NCBI GenBank assembly: GCA_034660555.1
Contig: JAYEJL010000165.1
Span: forward strand, 48,161-112,160
Source of the DNA: Thermotogota bacterium
GTDB taxonomy: Bacteria; Thermotogota; Thermotogae; Petrotogales; Kosmotogaceae
DNA length: 64,000 nt
Direction: 5' to 3'
Made by a program: the position numbers and the translations under genes. Shown here one piece after another: positions 1 to 10,255 of this stretch (within the stretch, counting starts at the first letter, position 1; each line of letters begins with the position of its first letter). Under the pieces are notes generated by a model. That model searched no databases, was not told the origin of the DNA, and worked only from the letters and a program-made list of their open reading frames with translations.

Positions 1-338
1 GAAAATGCGTTAAGTGCTGATTCATAAAACTGGCCTTTTTCTGGTAGGAAAGGAATAGGTTCTATAAGACCGTTCTCAACCAGTTCACCGACCCAGTCAT
101 GTGCACCCACTATTACGTCTGATCCTTCGCCAGCTGGTGCAGCGGTGAGGAATTTTGATTTGATGTCACCAAAGTTCACCTGTTCAATCTTCACTTCGAT
201 GCCGTAATTTTTCTCAAAGTCAGCCCCGATTTTTTGCAGAACAGGCACCTGAACCTCAGACGTCCAAATTGTAACAGCAGCATTAAGCGTGCTCACTAGT
301 GCAAATGCAACAAATAAAAATACCACTAATTTTCTCAT
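1..338 (-). CDS. malE: Maltose/maltodextrin ABC transporter substrate-binding protein, 5' part (runs off window edge)
   Basis: Manual translation from ATG at 338: MRKLVVFLFVAFALVSTLNAAVTIWTSEVQVPVLQKIGADFEKNYGIEV...GSDVIVGAHDWVGELVENGLIEP; signal peptide and MalE-type AHDW motif; purine-rich RBS upstream. Confidence 0.8.
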   Translation of the reverse strand, partial: MRKLVVFLFVAFALVSTLNAAVTIWTSEVQVPVLQKIGADFEKNYGIEVKIEQVNFGDIKSKFLTAAPAGEGSDVIVGAHDWVGELVENGLIEPIPFLPEKGQFYESALNAF

Positions 339-508
339 TTGACCACTCTCCCTTTTGAAAAATGTGTATTTACGTACATATTATAATTTTAACATTTTTA
401 ACATGGATTTTTTTATAAAAAGAGATTCTTATTAATCGTGTGTAGAAACCTTCAGTGTTGTTGAAACGCAACTATTCGTCAATAGCTTTTGTTTATTCCT
501 TCATGCTT

Positions 509-1906
509 TTAAATTGGATATACTGCTACCTTGTCTGAATATGCATCCGCTATTTTCATGTCGATCTTAAGGTTCTTTTCATATTCATTTAACAGATAAG
601 CTCTCCCCGTATCTCCTAACAATATGTAGATTAGAAGTTCTTCATTATTATTCGCTAGCAAACCAATCTTTTCTTTTGCACTATCCACTTCTGGCTCAAG
701 ATAGTCCGCAGGTTTATACTCCAATGGCTCTTCGTTTTTCATTACAACCTTTTTTAAGTCTTCAGAAATGTCACCAGGTGGTTTTCCATATAAACCTTTG
801 ATATAATTTTTGGTCTCATTGGTAATTATCTTATATCTCTCTCCTGAAAGTACATTTACAACTGATTGCACTCCAACTATCTGAGAACTCGGTGTCACAA
901 GAGGTGGATATCCTAGGTCTTTTCTTACTTCTGGAATCTCTTGCAACACATCTTCCAATTTATGTAGAGCTTTCTGTTCTCTTAGCTGATTGATTAAATT
1001 GGATATCATACCACCAGGAATCTGATTTATCAGGATTTCGGGGTTCACGGTTTTCATACCAATATCTGTATTTCTATGTTGTTCTCGAATTTTACTAAAA
1101 TAGTCTCTAACAATCTTAAGCTTTTTCAAATCTGGTTCTTCAGCATACCCCAGTTTATTCATTGCTATCCACAAACTCTCAGCAGGAGGCTGAGAGGTAC
1201 CTGATGCAAGGGAAGAAATCGCAGTATCTATTAGATCCGCTCCCGCCTCTACAGATTTCATATAGGTAAGGTCTGCCAGTCCTGAAGTGGAATGAGAATG
1301 AACATCAACAGGTAACGACGTTTCTTCCTTTATTATTGAAATGAGTTCATATGCAATATCAGGAGTTAACAATCCAGCCATATCTTTTATACACAGTGAA
1401 TCTGCATCAAGTTTTTCAGCAGATCTTGCATAATCTACAAAAAGCTCAACATTGTGCACCGGGCTGACTGTGTAAGCGACGGCTATTTGAAGGTGCATAT
1501 TATTCTTTTTTATTTCTTCACATGACTTTTTAATATTTCTGAAGTCATTAAGTGCATCAAATACTCTCACTCTATCCATTCCATGTTTGGCCATTGTCTT
1601 TATAAACAATTTGACAACATCATCAGCGTAATGGCGGTAACCGACTAAATTTTGTCCTCTTAACAGCATTTGCATTTCAGTATTCTTAAAGCGCTTTCTT
1701 AATTTGTCTATACGTTCCCAGGGATTTTCTTTCAGATACCTTACGCAGGCATCAAAGGTCGCCCCACCCCACATTTCCACAGCATCATAACCAATCTGAT
1801 CCACAACATCGGCAATTCTTACAAGTTCATCCGTTGAAACCCGTGTTGCGAGTAAAGACTGATGGGCATCCCTGAACGTTGTGTCAACAAAACCAACATC
1901 ACTCAT
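509..1906 (-). CDS. oadA: Oxaloacetate decarboxylase alpha / pyruvate carboxylase subunit B (carboxyltransferase domain only, no biotinyl domain)
   Basis: RDAHQSLLATR, EMWGGATFD, IKDMAG, HSH and QIPGGM motifs. Confidence 0.9.
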   Translation of the reverse strand: MSDVGFVDTTFRDAHQSLLATRVSTDELVRIADVVDQIGYDAVEMWGGATFDACVRYLKENPWERIDKLRKRFKNTEMQMLLRGQNLVGYRHYADDVVKLFIKTMAKHGMDRVRVFDALNDFRNIKKSCEEIKKNNMHLQIAVAYTVSPVHNVELFVDYARSAEKLDADSLCIKDMAGLLTPDIAYELISIIKEETSLPVDVHSHSTSGLADLTYMKSVEAGADLIDTAISSLASGTSQPPAESLWIAMNKLGYAEEPDLKKLKIVRDYFSKIREQHRNTDIGMKTVNPEILINQIPGGMISNLINQLREQKALHKLEDVLQEIPEVRKDLGYPPLVTPSSQIVGVQSVVNVLSGERYKIITNETKNYIKGLYGKPPGDISEDLKKVVMKNEEPLEYKPADYLEPEVDSAKEKIGLLANNNEELLIYILLGDTGRAYLLNEYEKNLKIDMKIADAYSDKVAVYPI

Positions 1907-1958
1907 GTAACAATCCTCCTCTCTGTTGTAAAATTATATTACAAACCAGGGAGGGATT

Positions 1959-3839
1959 ATGTTGAATAGTAATTACAAATATGATGTTGTTGTAATAGGA
2001 TCAGGACATGCTGGTATCGAAGCAGCACTCGCTCCGGCACACATGGGAGCAAAAACATTGTTACTTTCCATCAACCTTGATACCGTTGGTTGGGCTCCAT
2101 GCAATCCTGCTATTGGAGGTCCTGCAAAAGGTGTTGTTGTTAGAGAAATAGATTCTCTTGGTGGACAAATGGCAAAAACTACCGACAAAACTTCCATTAA
2201 TATTCGAATGCTGAATACAAAAAAGGGCCCTGCAGTAAGAGCGTTGCGTTCGCAGATAGATAAATTGAATTACAGCCAGGAGATGAAACATGTACTTGAG
2301 CAGCAGGAGAATCTCGATATAAAGAGCGCCATTGCTACTGAGATACAGACAGAAAATGGAAAGGTCTCAGGAGTTATGACACATTTTAAAGGAAATTTCT
2401 CCTGCAACGCTGTAATTGTTGCCACGGGCACATTCCTTGGAGGCCGCATATTTATTGGTCAGGATTATTTCGAAGCTGGAAGGTTGGGGGAATTTCCTTC
2501 CAAAAAGCTCAGCAAGTCACTTAAAGATCTGGGATTTGTAGTAAGGCGTTTTAAAACGGGAACCCCTGCCAGAATTCATGGCGATTCAGTTGATTTTGAA
2601 AAGATGGACAGGCAGGACACATCAGAAGAGCCACTCGCTTTTTCATTTTTCTCCGAACCCTATATACTGGATAAAGATTACCCATGCTGGTTAACGTATA
2701 CAAACAGCAAAACTCATTCCATCATTAGAAGAGATATTAGCTTTTCTCCACTGTATGGCGATATAAAGCTAATACATTCAAAAGGACCAAGATATTGTCC
2801 TTCCATCGAAGATAAGGTTATGAAATTTTCTTCTAAGGACAGCCATCAACTTTTTATTGAACCTGAGGGAAAGTCAACCAGAGAGTTTTATCTTAATGGT
2901 TTATCCACGAGTCTCCCCCTTGAAACCCAAAATGAAATGATACATACAATTGAAGGGCTGGAAAATGCAAAAATAATCAGACCTGCATATGCCGTAGAAT
3001 ATGATTATATTGAGCCAAATCAATTGTATCCAACCCTGGAATCAAAAATTGTAGAAAATCTCTATTTTGCAGGTCAGGTAAATGGCACAAGTGGTTATGA
3101 GGAAGCAGCAGGTCAGGGGCTAATTGCTGGTATAAACGCGGTAGCAAAGATTCGGGGAGATGAACCTCTTGTATTGAAAAGATCGGAATCATATATTGGA
3201 GTGATGATAGATGATTTGGTTACAAAAGGCGTTGATGAACCATATCGTTTATTAACTTCAAGGGCAGAATACAGATTGTTACTCAGACACGATAATGCAC
3301 ATCTGAGATTGACACAATATGGCTATAAGTATGGTTTAATACCCAAATGGTTCAACGAAAAGGTTCTAACATTAAATAAAACTGTTGAAAAGGAAATTGA
3401 AAGATTGAACGAGGTCGTTGTAAAACCATCAAACAAATTAAACAATGAATTACTTAAAATAGGATCATCTGCTATATATCAATCAACACGAATGATCCAG
3501 CTACTTAAAAGGCCTGAAGTAGACTATTCTTTACTATCACAATTCGATCCTGATCCCATTACAGATTACAATATCAAAGAACAGATAGAAACAGTCGTGA
3601 AATATCAGGGTTATATCAATCGTCTAGAGAGGGAAGTAAGCCAATTTGAGCGTCTGGAACACGAAAGAATTCCGATAGATATCAACTACGACGAAGTACC
3701 AAATTTATCTACCGAAGCCAGAGACAAACTAAAAAGATTGAAGCCCAGGTCCATTGGTCAGGCAACAAGAATACCGGGCATTACACCCTCTGACATTATG
3801 AATCTTTCCGCATATTTAAAATCTAAAAACTACGACTGA
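1959..3839 (+). CDS. mnmG: tRNA uridine-5-carboxymethylaminomethyl modification enzyme MnmG/GidA
   Basis: [13 protein letters not shown] motif, [30 protein letters not shown]. Confidence 0.97.
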   Translation: MLNSNYKYDVVVIGSGHAGIEAALAPAHMGAKTLLLSINLDTVGWAPCNPAIGGPAKGVVVREIDSLGGQMAKTTDKTSINIRMLNTKKGPAVRALRSQIDKLNYSQEMKHVLEQQENLDIKSAIATEIQTENGKVSGVMTHFKGNFSCNAVIVATGTFLGGRIFIGQDYFEAGRLGEFPSKKLSKSLKDLGFVVRRFKTGTPARIHGDSVDFEKMDRQDTSEEPLAFSFFSEPYILDKDYPCWLTYTNSKTHSIIRRDISFSPLYGDIKLIHSKGPRYCPSIEDKVMKFSSKDSHQLFIEPEGKSTREFYLNGLSTSLPLETQNEMIHTIEGLENAKIIRPAYAVEYDYIEPNQLYPTLESKIVENLYFAGQVNGTSGYEEAAGQGLIAGINAVAKIRGDEPLVLKRSESYIGVMIDDLVTKGVDEPYRLLTSRAEYRLLLRHDNAHLRLTQYGYKYGLIPKWFNEKVLTLNKTVEKEIERLNEVVVKPSNKLNNELLKIGSSAIYQSTRMIQLLKRPEVDYSLLSQFDPDPITDYNIKEQIETVVKYQGYINRLEREVSQFERLEHERIPIDINYDEVPNLSTEARDKLKRLKPRSIGQATRIPGITPSDIMNLSAYLKSKNYD

Positions 3840-3865
3840 CAGCTATTATTGAATGTTTTTCATTG

Positions 3866-3894
3866 TTGACAGAGGATATCATGCGTATTATAAT
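3866..3894 (+). promoter_or_regulatory. Sigma70 promoter of the CAT tRNA
   Basis: TTGACA-17 nt-TATAAT, perfect consensus, 11 nt before the tRNA. Confidence 0.85.
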
Positions 3895-3905
3895 CATTTA
3901 ATGTC

Positions 3906-3983
3906 GGGCTCGTAGCTCAGTTTGGTTAGAGCTTCCGGCTCATAACCGGGCGGTCGGTGGTTCGAATCCACCCGAGCCCACCA
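3906..3983 (+). tRNA. tRNA with CAT anticodon, most likely tRNA-Ile2 (lysidine-modified); elongator Met not excluded
   Basis: GGGCTCG/CGAGCCC acceptor stem, anticodon arm CCGG-CTCATAA-CCGG, T-loop GGTTCGAATCC, encoded CCA. Confidence 0.93.
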
Positions 3984-4006
3984 AAGCGGCGAAAGCCGCT
4001 TTTTTT
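3984..4006 (+). terminator. Rho-independent terminator after tRNA
   Basis: AAGCGGC-GAAA-GCCGCTT followed by T run. Confidence 0.85.
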
Positions 4007-4074
4007 AATGAATTTGTTCTGCTAAAATGATACAGTTAACCTATGAAAGTAATAATATTTTGGAGTGTGAACAG

Positions 4075-4782
4075 ATGTTTTTAGATATTGGTAACGAATT
4101 GTTGTGGCTAATCTTCATGTTCATCGATCTGTCCATTGCGGTTATAGTCTTTAAGTTATTTAAACGAGAAGGATTGTTCATGATGATCATTGCAAATATC
4201 ATCATAGCAAACATTCAGGTTATTAAACTGGTAGAACTCTTTGGTATAACCGCAACACTGGGAAATATCGTTTACGGTTCAATATTCTTTTCAACAGATC
4301 TTTTAAACGAACTGTATGGAAAAAAAGAAGCTCGTAAAGGAGTCCTACTGGGGTTCGTAACTCTTATGATCGCAACGCTATACATGCAGTTTGCCATCTC
4401 GTTCACTCCTTCAGGAATTGAAGAATCACTTGAAGCTCACAAGGCACTCAGCACAATATTCGGAATATTACCCAGGATAGCTGCAGGAAGCCTTATTGCG
4501 TATATTGTTTCACAACTACACGACGTATGGGCATTCGATTTCTGGAAACGACTGACTAAAGGAAAACATCTTTGGTTAAGAAACAATCTTTCAACTATGG
4601 TAAGTCAGTTTCTCGATTCGTTAATTTTTGTGTTCATTGCTTTTTGGGGAACACTGGAGCTAAATGTATGGTGGCAGGTAGTGTTTACAACATATGTATT
4701 CAAGTGGTTTGTAGCAGCCTTTGATACACCATTCATTTATCTTGCCAGATGGTTACATAAAAAAAATGAAATTGAAGAGTAA
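4075..4782 (+). CDS. Queuosine precursor transporter (YhhQ/COG1738, Vut_1 family)
   Basis: Multi-TM protein with TDLLNELYG, SQLHDVWAF and LWLRNNLSTMVSQFLDS motifs; start moved to ATG 4075 after GGAG RBS. Confidence 0.85.
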   Translation: MFLDIGNELLWLIFMFIDLSIAVIVFKLFKREGLFMMIIANIIIANIQVIKLVELFGITATLGNIVYGSIFFSTDLLNELYGKKEARKGVLLGFVTLMIATLYMQFAISFTPSGIEESLEAHKALSTIFGILPRIAAGSLIAYIVSQLHDVWAFDFWKRLTKGKHLWLRNNLSTMVSQFLDSLIFVFIAFWGTLELNVWWQVVFTTYVFKWFVAAFDTPFIYLARWLHKKNEIEE

Positions 4783-4799
4783 ATTCTTGTTTCGTTATA

Positions 4800-5651
4800 C
4801 TAAGAGAAGGTATTGGCAATATTTGCAGCAACTCTGGCGTTGTTTTTTAACAGAGAAATGTTGGTCCTAACTGACTGACCATTAGAATAATTTGCCAGCT
4901 CGGTAAGCAAAAACGGGGTTAAACCTTTTCCGGTTATGTTCTTTTTTTCTGCATTATTTACAGCTCTTCTTACCCAGTTGTTTAATCTATCATAATCTAT
5001 TTCTTCTTCTTCAGGAACAGGATTTAAGACCAGAACTGCACCGGATAAACCCAGTTCTTTTTTCTTGAGAAAAATATCCCTTATTTCTGATGGATTATCT
5101 GTAGAAAAACTGAGTCTGTAATTACTGGTTCGAGAATGAAATAAAGGGAATACTTCTGTATTGAATCCTACTGTAGTAATTTGCGAAGTTTCAAGCAATT
5201 CAATTGTTCTTTCAATATCAAGAATACTTTTAAACCCTGAACAAACAACAATCATTGAGCTTCTGGAAAGCTCAGCAATATCTTGAGACACATCCCATGT
5301 TCTCTGTCTATGAACACCACCGATGCCACCGGTAGCAAACACTTTAATTCCTGCTTTTTTTGCAAGTGCAATAGTGGCACTTACCGTGGTCGCTGCATTT
5401 CTCTTTCCAACAATAGCTGCGGCTAGTTCAGCTGTTCCAACCTTAATGACATTATTGTCTACTGCGAGAAACTTTATTTCTTCCTTTGTTAAACCGATTT
5501 TCACTTCACCAGAGATAATGCCTATAGTTTTTGGCGCTGCTCCATTTTGCTTCACTATCGTCTCCATTTCCAGAGCTGTGTCAACATTAAAAGGATTGGG
5601 AAGTCCTTTTGCTATAACCGTGCTTTCAAGTGCTACAATGTTTTTCATCAT
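4800..5651 (-). CDS. psuG: Pseudouridine-5'-phosphate glycosidase (IndA-like)
   Basis: VALESTVI, ATTVSAT, FATGGIGGVHR, GKGLTPFLL motifs. Confidence 0.92.
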   Translation of the reverse strand: MMKNIVALESTVIAKGLPNPFNVDTALEMETIVKQNGAAPKTIGIISGEVKIGLTKEEIKFLAVDNNVIKVGTAELAAAIVGKRNAATTVSATIALAKKAGIKVFATGGIGGVHRQRTWDVSQDIAELSRSSMIVVCSGFKSILDIERTIELLETSQITTVGFNTEVFPLFHSRTSNYRLSFSTDNPSEIRDIFLKKKELGLSGAVLVLNPVPEEEEIDYDRLNNWVRRAVNNAEKKNITGKGLTPFLLTELANYSNGQSVRTNISLLKNNARVAANIANTFS

Positions 5652-6343
5652 ACTTCACCTTTCCTTCTCGCAAAATTCAGTGACATTATGAGTCCAATAA
5701 CAAAGCCACCTATGTGAGCCCACCAGGCAACTCCCGCAGAACCGGATGAAGTAATTTTAAACACTCCATTAAAGAATTGCAGAAAAAACCATAAAACAAG
5801 AAAAAAGTAGGCAGGAATTTCAAAAAGAAGTGGGAAAAACAAAATCGGAACAACCGTCAAAATTCTGCTCCATGGGAAAAAATACAAATAGGCACCCATC
5901 ACACCTGCTACACAACCTGAAGCGCCTATAACTGCCATGTTTGAGTTTGGCATAAAAGAAAATTGAACAATATTGGCAAGCACACCCCAGCTCAAATAAT
6001 AAAACAGAAAACGTATGTGCCCCAACTTGTCTTCAACATTGTCTCCAAACACAAACAGTATCCACATATTGGTTATTATGTGCAGCCACCCACCATGCAT
6101 AAAAGTAGAACTTAGAAATGGAATGAAATTCAGCTGATTTACTGTCATTTCATACATTCCTTGAATCATGATTCTTCCCTCTGTAAATCTGGTGGGAACT
6201 AGCCCATACCTGTGCACGAAAATAATAAGATCAGTTCTGTTGAGACTAAGCTCATACAGAAAAATCGCAACATTCAGAGCGATAACTGCATAAATTACAT
6301 AAGGAGTTTTTGAACTTTTTATGCTATCCTTAATCGGAAACAT
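5648..6343 (-). CDS. Rhomboid family intramembrane serine protease
   Basis: FMHGGWLHIITNM, GASG catalytic Ser, AHIGG catalytic His. Confidence 0.93.
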   Translation of the reverse strand: MFPIKDSIKSSKTPYVIYAVIALNVAIFLYELSLNRTDLIIFVHRYGLVPTRFTEGRIMIQGMYEMTVNQLNFIPFLSSTFMHGGWLHIITNMWILFVFGDNVEDKLGHIRFLFYYLSWGVLANIVQFSFMPNSNMAVIGASGCVAGVMGAYLYFFPWSRILTVVPILFFPLLFEIPAYFFLVLWFFLQFFNGVFKITSSGSAGVAWWAHIGGFVIGLIMSLNFARRKGEV

Positions 6344-6391
6344 AGCATTCTCCTAACAAGTTTATATTACTTATTTTACCAAATAGATAAC

Positions 6392-6420
6392 TTGAAAAGC
6401 TAAATGGCCAGTGATATAAT
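6392..6420 (+). promoter_or_regulatory. Sigma70 promoter of tRNA-Arg
   Basis: TTGAAA-17 nt-TATAAT with extended -10 TG. Confidence 0.75.
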
Positions 6421-6431
6421 TTTGCGCGTGT

Positions 6432-6506
6432 GCCCCCGTAGTTCAACGGATAGAACGGCGGATTCCTAATCCGCAAATGAAGGTTCGATTCCTTCCGGGG
6501 GTACCA
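6432..6506 (+). tRNA. tRNA-Arg(CCT)
   Basis: GCCCCCG/CGGGGGT acceptor, anticodon arm GCGGA-TTCCTAA-TCCGC, GGTTCGATTCC, CCA end. Confidence 0.95.
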
Positions 6507-6670
6507 GAAAAGCGCGGCTTGACTGCGCTTATTTGTTTATCCTTTTTAAAAAATTCTCGGCGAGAACCATAAAAAATGATGAAGGTGTAACCAATAAATC
6601 TAACGCTGCTCATAGTCGAATAAAGGACTTTATTAATACTAACCACAAATAAATGCGGCTTTTGTCAATT

Positions 6671-6688
6671 TTGTGGGTTTGTTCACAA
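6671..6688. promoter_or_regulatory. Putative Rex operator upstream of gdhA
   Basis: TTGTGGG-TTTG-TTCACAA versus Rex consensus TTGTGAA-N4-TTCACAA (right arm perfect, 2 mismatches left). Confidence 0.5.
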
Positions 6689-6746
6689 ACTCACGTGAGA
6701 CTAGAATTAGTCTGAAAGCACAAACTTTAGTAGAGGAGGGTTTTTA

Positions 6747-8000
6747 GTGGCCGATGTAAGTTTATACCAAAACGCATTGAAACAGTTCCGAAAGGCTACG
6801 GACATAATGGAACTTGATCCTTCACTTGTGGAGGTCCTTTCCTTTCCCAAACGCGAACTGACGGTAAACTGTCCTGTAAGAATGGACGATGGTAGTATTA
6901 GAGTTTTCACAGGTCATAGAGTACAGCACAACATAGCAAGAGGTCCTGCAAAAGGTGGTATCCGATATCATGCAGATGTGACACTTGACGAAGTCAAAGC
7001 CCTGGCTTTCTGGATGACATGGAAAGCTGCTGTAGTTGGAATTCCCTATGGTGGTGGAAAAGGCGGCGTCGCAGTTGACCCATCAAAGCTCAGTGAGGGT
7101 GAACTTGAAAGACTTTCCAGACGATTCTTTTCGGAAATTCAGGTAATACTTGGAGAAGACAAAGATATTCCAGCTCCTGATGTCAATACCAACGCACAGG
7201 TAATGTCCTGGTATATGGATACCTATTCTATGAATGTGGGACATTCTGTACTCGGTATAGTAACCGGAAAACCTTTAGAAATAGGCGGTTCAGCTGGTAG
7301 ATCGGAAGCAACTGGAAGAGGGGTCAGAGTAGTAACAGAAGAAGCAATCAATTATAAAGATATGGATCCGGAGAAAACCACGGTGGCAGTTCAGGGGTTT
7401 GGAAATGTAGGCTCACACGCTGCCAAACTTATTCATAAAGAAATTGGATCCAAGATAATCGCTGTAAGTGATGTTTCGGGCGGAATTTACAATGAAAATG
7501 GACTGGACATAAACGAATTAATCGAGTACACTAAAACGAATAATGGACTTGTAAAAGGTTTCCCTAAAGCTGAACCAATATCAAATGAAGACCTCCTTAC
7601 GCTGGACGTAGACGTACTTGTTCCTGCAGCGCTGGAAAATGCAATCACTGAGAAAAATGCAAACGATGTCAGAGCCAAGATTATCGTAGAGGGCGCAAAC
7701 GGTCCTGTAACTCCAGAAGCAGAGGATATATTGTTAAACAAAGACATTTTCTTTGTACCTGACTTCCTGGCCAACGCTGGAGGTGTAACTGTATCTTATT
7801 TCGAATGGGTTCAGGGCCTGCAGTGGTATTTCTGGGAATTGGAAGACATAAGAAGAGCCCTTCACAAAATTATGAGGCAGGCTTTCAACACCAACATCAA
7901 AACAATGCATAAATACGGAACTGATATGAGAACCTCAGCTTACATAGTAGCAATTGACCGTGTCGCAACTGCTACAAAACTCAGAGGGATTTATCCTTGA
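6747..8000 (+). CDS. gdhA: Glutamate dehydrogenase (Glu/Leu/Phe/Val dehydrogenase family)
   Basis: GPAKGGIRYH, GGGKGG, DIPAPDV, VQGFGNVG, EGANGP, C-terminal RGIYP. Confidence 0.96.
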   Translation: MADVSLYQNALKQFRKATDIMELDPSLVEVLSFPKRELTVNCPVRMDDGSIRVFTGHRVQHNIARGPAKGGIRYHADVTLDEVKALAFWMTWKAAVVGIPYGGGKGGVAVDPSKLSEGELERLSRRFFSEIQVILGEDKDIPAPDVNTNAQVMSWYMDTYSMNVGHSVLGIVTGKPLEIGGSAGRSEATGRGVRVVTEEAINYKDMDPEKTTVAVQGFGNVGSHAAKLIHKEIGSKIIAVSDVSGGIYNENGLDINELIEYTKTNNGLVKGFPKAEPISNEDLLTLDVDVLVPAALENAITEKNANDVRAKIIVEGANGPVTPEAEDILLNKDIFFVPDFLANAGGVTVSYFEWVQGLQWYFWELEDIRRALHKIMRQAFNTNIKTMHKYGTDMRTSAYIVAIDRVATATKLRGIYP

Positions 8001-8022
8001 TCGAATAATTAACAAAAATCAC

Positions 8023-8049
8023 AAGCGGGGGGATTTACCCCGCTTTTTT
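8023..8049 (+). terminator. Terminator after gdhA
   Basis: AAGCGGGG/CCCCGCTT stem plus T tract. Confidence 0.8.
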
Positions 8050-8172
8050 AAGTCTTTTCACAAAGCACATAAAAAATAATATAATAATCATAAACGGATT
8101 TTAGTATCAGAAAAACCAACTGTTGCGTATTTTTTAGGAGGTGAACAGGTAGATACAAAATAACCTGGAGAC

Positions 8173-9636
8173 ATGAATATAAAGTTAAAAAACGGAATGG
8201 TTTATGATCCTAAAAAGGGTACCTTTAACAAACGTGATCTTGTTATTAAAAATAGTATTATCAGTAACAGTGATGATGGTGCAAAAACTTATGACATTGG
8301 AGGATATTACGTCTATCCGGGGTTCGTAGATTCTCATCTTCATTTAATATCTACAGGAAAACGACAATTAACTCCATCTCTTGATCATATAAACAGTAAA
8401 GAGGAGCTTAACTTATTTTTTAGGAATTACTCTACCAAAGATCGGATAACTGAAATCTTTAATGCGCGAGGTTGGGATCAGGATAAACTTGGATTTATGC
8501 CTGATCGAGTGTACCTTGATGAATTTTTTCCTGAAACACCCGTAATCCTTGAAAGAAGATGCGGACATGTGGCAGTCGTTAGCAGTGCAATGATCGATAG
8601 ATACAACTTAAAAAAGTTTGATGGTCTCGATGGCACTGTCATTTCAAAAGGTTACTTAAAGGAAAGAGCACTTATTAAAACACAGGACCTGATAACACTG
8701 TCAAAGGAAGAAATAAACAAGTTTATGAATAAAGGCATAGATTTGCTTCTGGGGTATGGTATTACGCACGTCCATACCGATGATTTTCATGGTGTAGAGC
8801 TGAAAACACTTCTTAATACACTATCCGCTCAAAACAGAATTAAGATCTTTGAGAAACTAAATGTACCTGCATCTTCTATTGAAAAAATCAAACATTATAC
8901 GGAATACGAAAGTGAATTCCTTACAATTGGATCGGTAAAGATATTCCTCGACGGATCATTCGGTGCACGAACTGGAGCATTATTGGAACCTTATGCAGAT
9001 GATGTAGAAAACAGAGGTTTATTTTACTACTCAGAGAGAGAGCTTAACAATATTCTGACTCTTTGTGAAAAAGAAAAATTGCAGTTATCCATACACATTA
9101 TAGGAGATAGAGCCCTGGAATTAGCTCTTAATGTATTAAGCAATTATCCAAAGAGTTCATTGAAACATAGATTGATACATCTCCAGATTGCCTCCAATAA
9201 GCAGATTAGTAGAATAGCCGAAATTGGTTTGATCGCATCGATTCAACCGGTGTTTTATATCTCTGATAACGAAATGGCAAAGGCAAGATTGGGCAAAAAT
9301 CGTTACAGGGAAAAAGCTTATCCTTTCAAAAAGATGTTTGAATCAGGGGTGAGTCTTTCATTATCCACCGATTCGCCAGTGGAAGATCCAAATCCATTTT
9401 TAAATATTATCGCAGCAGATAACTTTTTTGACAGAAAAACCATACTTTATCTGTATATGATAAATGGAAGAAAACATGGTTTCTCAAATGACTCTGGAAG
9501 ACTTCTAACGGGAGAAAAGGCTGACTTCTTTATAACAAAAACCGATCTACTTCATGCCTCAAAGATTGATTTAGCAGAAACTAAAGCAGCAATAACATTT
9601 GTGAATGGAAAACCTGTACATGGTTCGCTACCTTGA
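8173..9636 (+). CDS. Amidohydrolase, YtcJ-like (amidohydrolase 3)
   Basis: PGFVDSHLH, KIFLDGSFGARTG, HIIGDRA, HRLIH, STDSPV. Confidence 0.88.
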   Translation: MNIKLKNGMVYDPKKGTFNKRDLVIKNSIISNSDDGAKTYDIGGYYVYPGFVDSHLHLISTGKRQLTPSLDHINSKEELNLFFRNYSTKDRITEIFNARGWDQDKLGFMPDRVYLDEFFPETPVILERRCGHVAVVSSAMIDRYNLKKFDGLDGTVISKGYLKERALIKTQDLITLSKEEINKFMNKGIDLLLGYGITHVHTDDFHGVELKTLLNTLSAQNRIKIFEKLNVPASSIEKIKHYTEYESEFLTIGSVKIFLDGSFGARTGALLEPYADDVENRGLFYYSERELNNILTLCEKEKLQLSIHIIGDRALELALNVLSNYPKSSLKHRLIHLQIASNKQISRIAEIGLIASIQPVFYISDNEMAKARLGKNRYREKAYPFKKMFESGVSLSLSTDSPVEDPNPFLNIIAADNFFDRKTILYLYMINGRKHGFSNDSGRLLTGEKADFFITKTDLLHASKIDLAETKAAITFVNGKPVHGSLP

Positions 9637-10254
9637 ACAACTAACCTGAAAAAGGTCTCTGTCTTCAAGCCTGATAGCTGTTAATTTGCCACCATAGACG
9701 CATCCAGTATCTATTCCAATTTTGGTTTTATCAATATAGGGTACATCAAGAAATGGAGTATGACCAAAAACGATTATTTTATCACTTAAAGGTTTTTTGC
9801 AATATATAAATTCTTCTCTTATCCATATCATCTCCATTTCATCCTGTTCCTCAAGAGGTTTCCCTGGAAGTACTCCAGCATGAACAACAAGATAATTCCC
9901 CGTCTGATAATAGAATTCGGTATTTCTGAAAAACTCAAGATGATCTTTAGGAATCGAATTTATATTTCCATAACTGTCCAGTGTAGCTTCCATTCCGTTG
10001 AGATACCAGATTCTTCCCATATTCTTATCATCAAGATAGTCCAGCAACATCTGTTCATGATTACCTCTAAGAAATATACAATTGTATTTTTCTGAAAGAT
10101 CGAGAAGAAACTCTACTACACCCTTCGAGTCTTTCCCTCTGTCAATATAATCGCCTACAAAAATCAGCTTATCTTCTTTCTGAACAGGTAGTTTCTTCAT
10201 GAGTCTCTTTAGGCTTTTCAAACATCCATGAATATCTCCTATAACATATCTCAT
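9628..10254 (-). CDS. Metallophosphoesterase (PrpA/ApaH-like Ser/Thr phosphatase)
   Basis: GDIHG, GDYIDRG, RGNHE, FGHTP, GIDTGCVYGG. Confidence 0.92.
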   Translation of the reverse strand: MRYVIGDIHGCLKSLKRLMKKLPVQKEDKLIFVGDYIDRGKDSKGVVEFLLDLSEKYNCIFLRGNHEQMLLDYLDDKNMGRIWYLNGMEATLDSYGNINSIPKDHLEFFRNTEFYYQTGNYLVVHAGVLPGKPLEEQDEMEMIWIREEFIYCKKPLSDKIIVFGHTPFLDVPYIDKTKIGIDTGCVYGGKLTAIRLEDRDLFQVSCSR

Positions 10255-10255
10255 A

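Noticed and set aside
3984..4075. preQ1 riboswitch upstream of the queuosine-precursor transporter
   Set aside because: No recognisable preQ1 stem with A-rich tail in the short spacer
6443..6646. 67-aa ORF on minus strand
   Set aside because: Overlaps tRNA-Arg antisense; spurious
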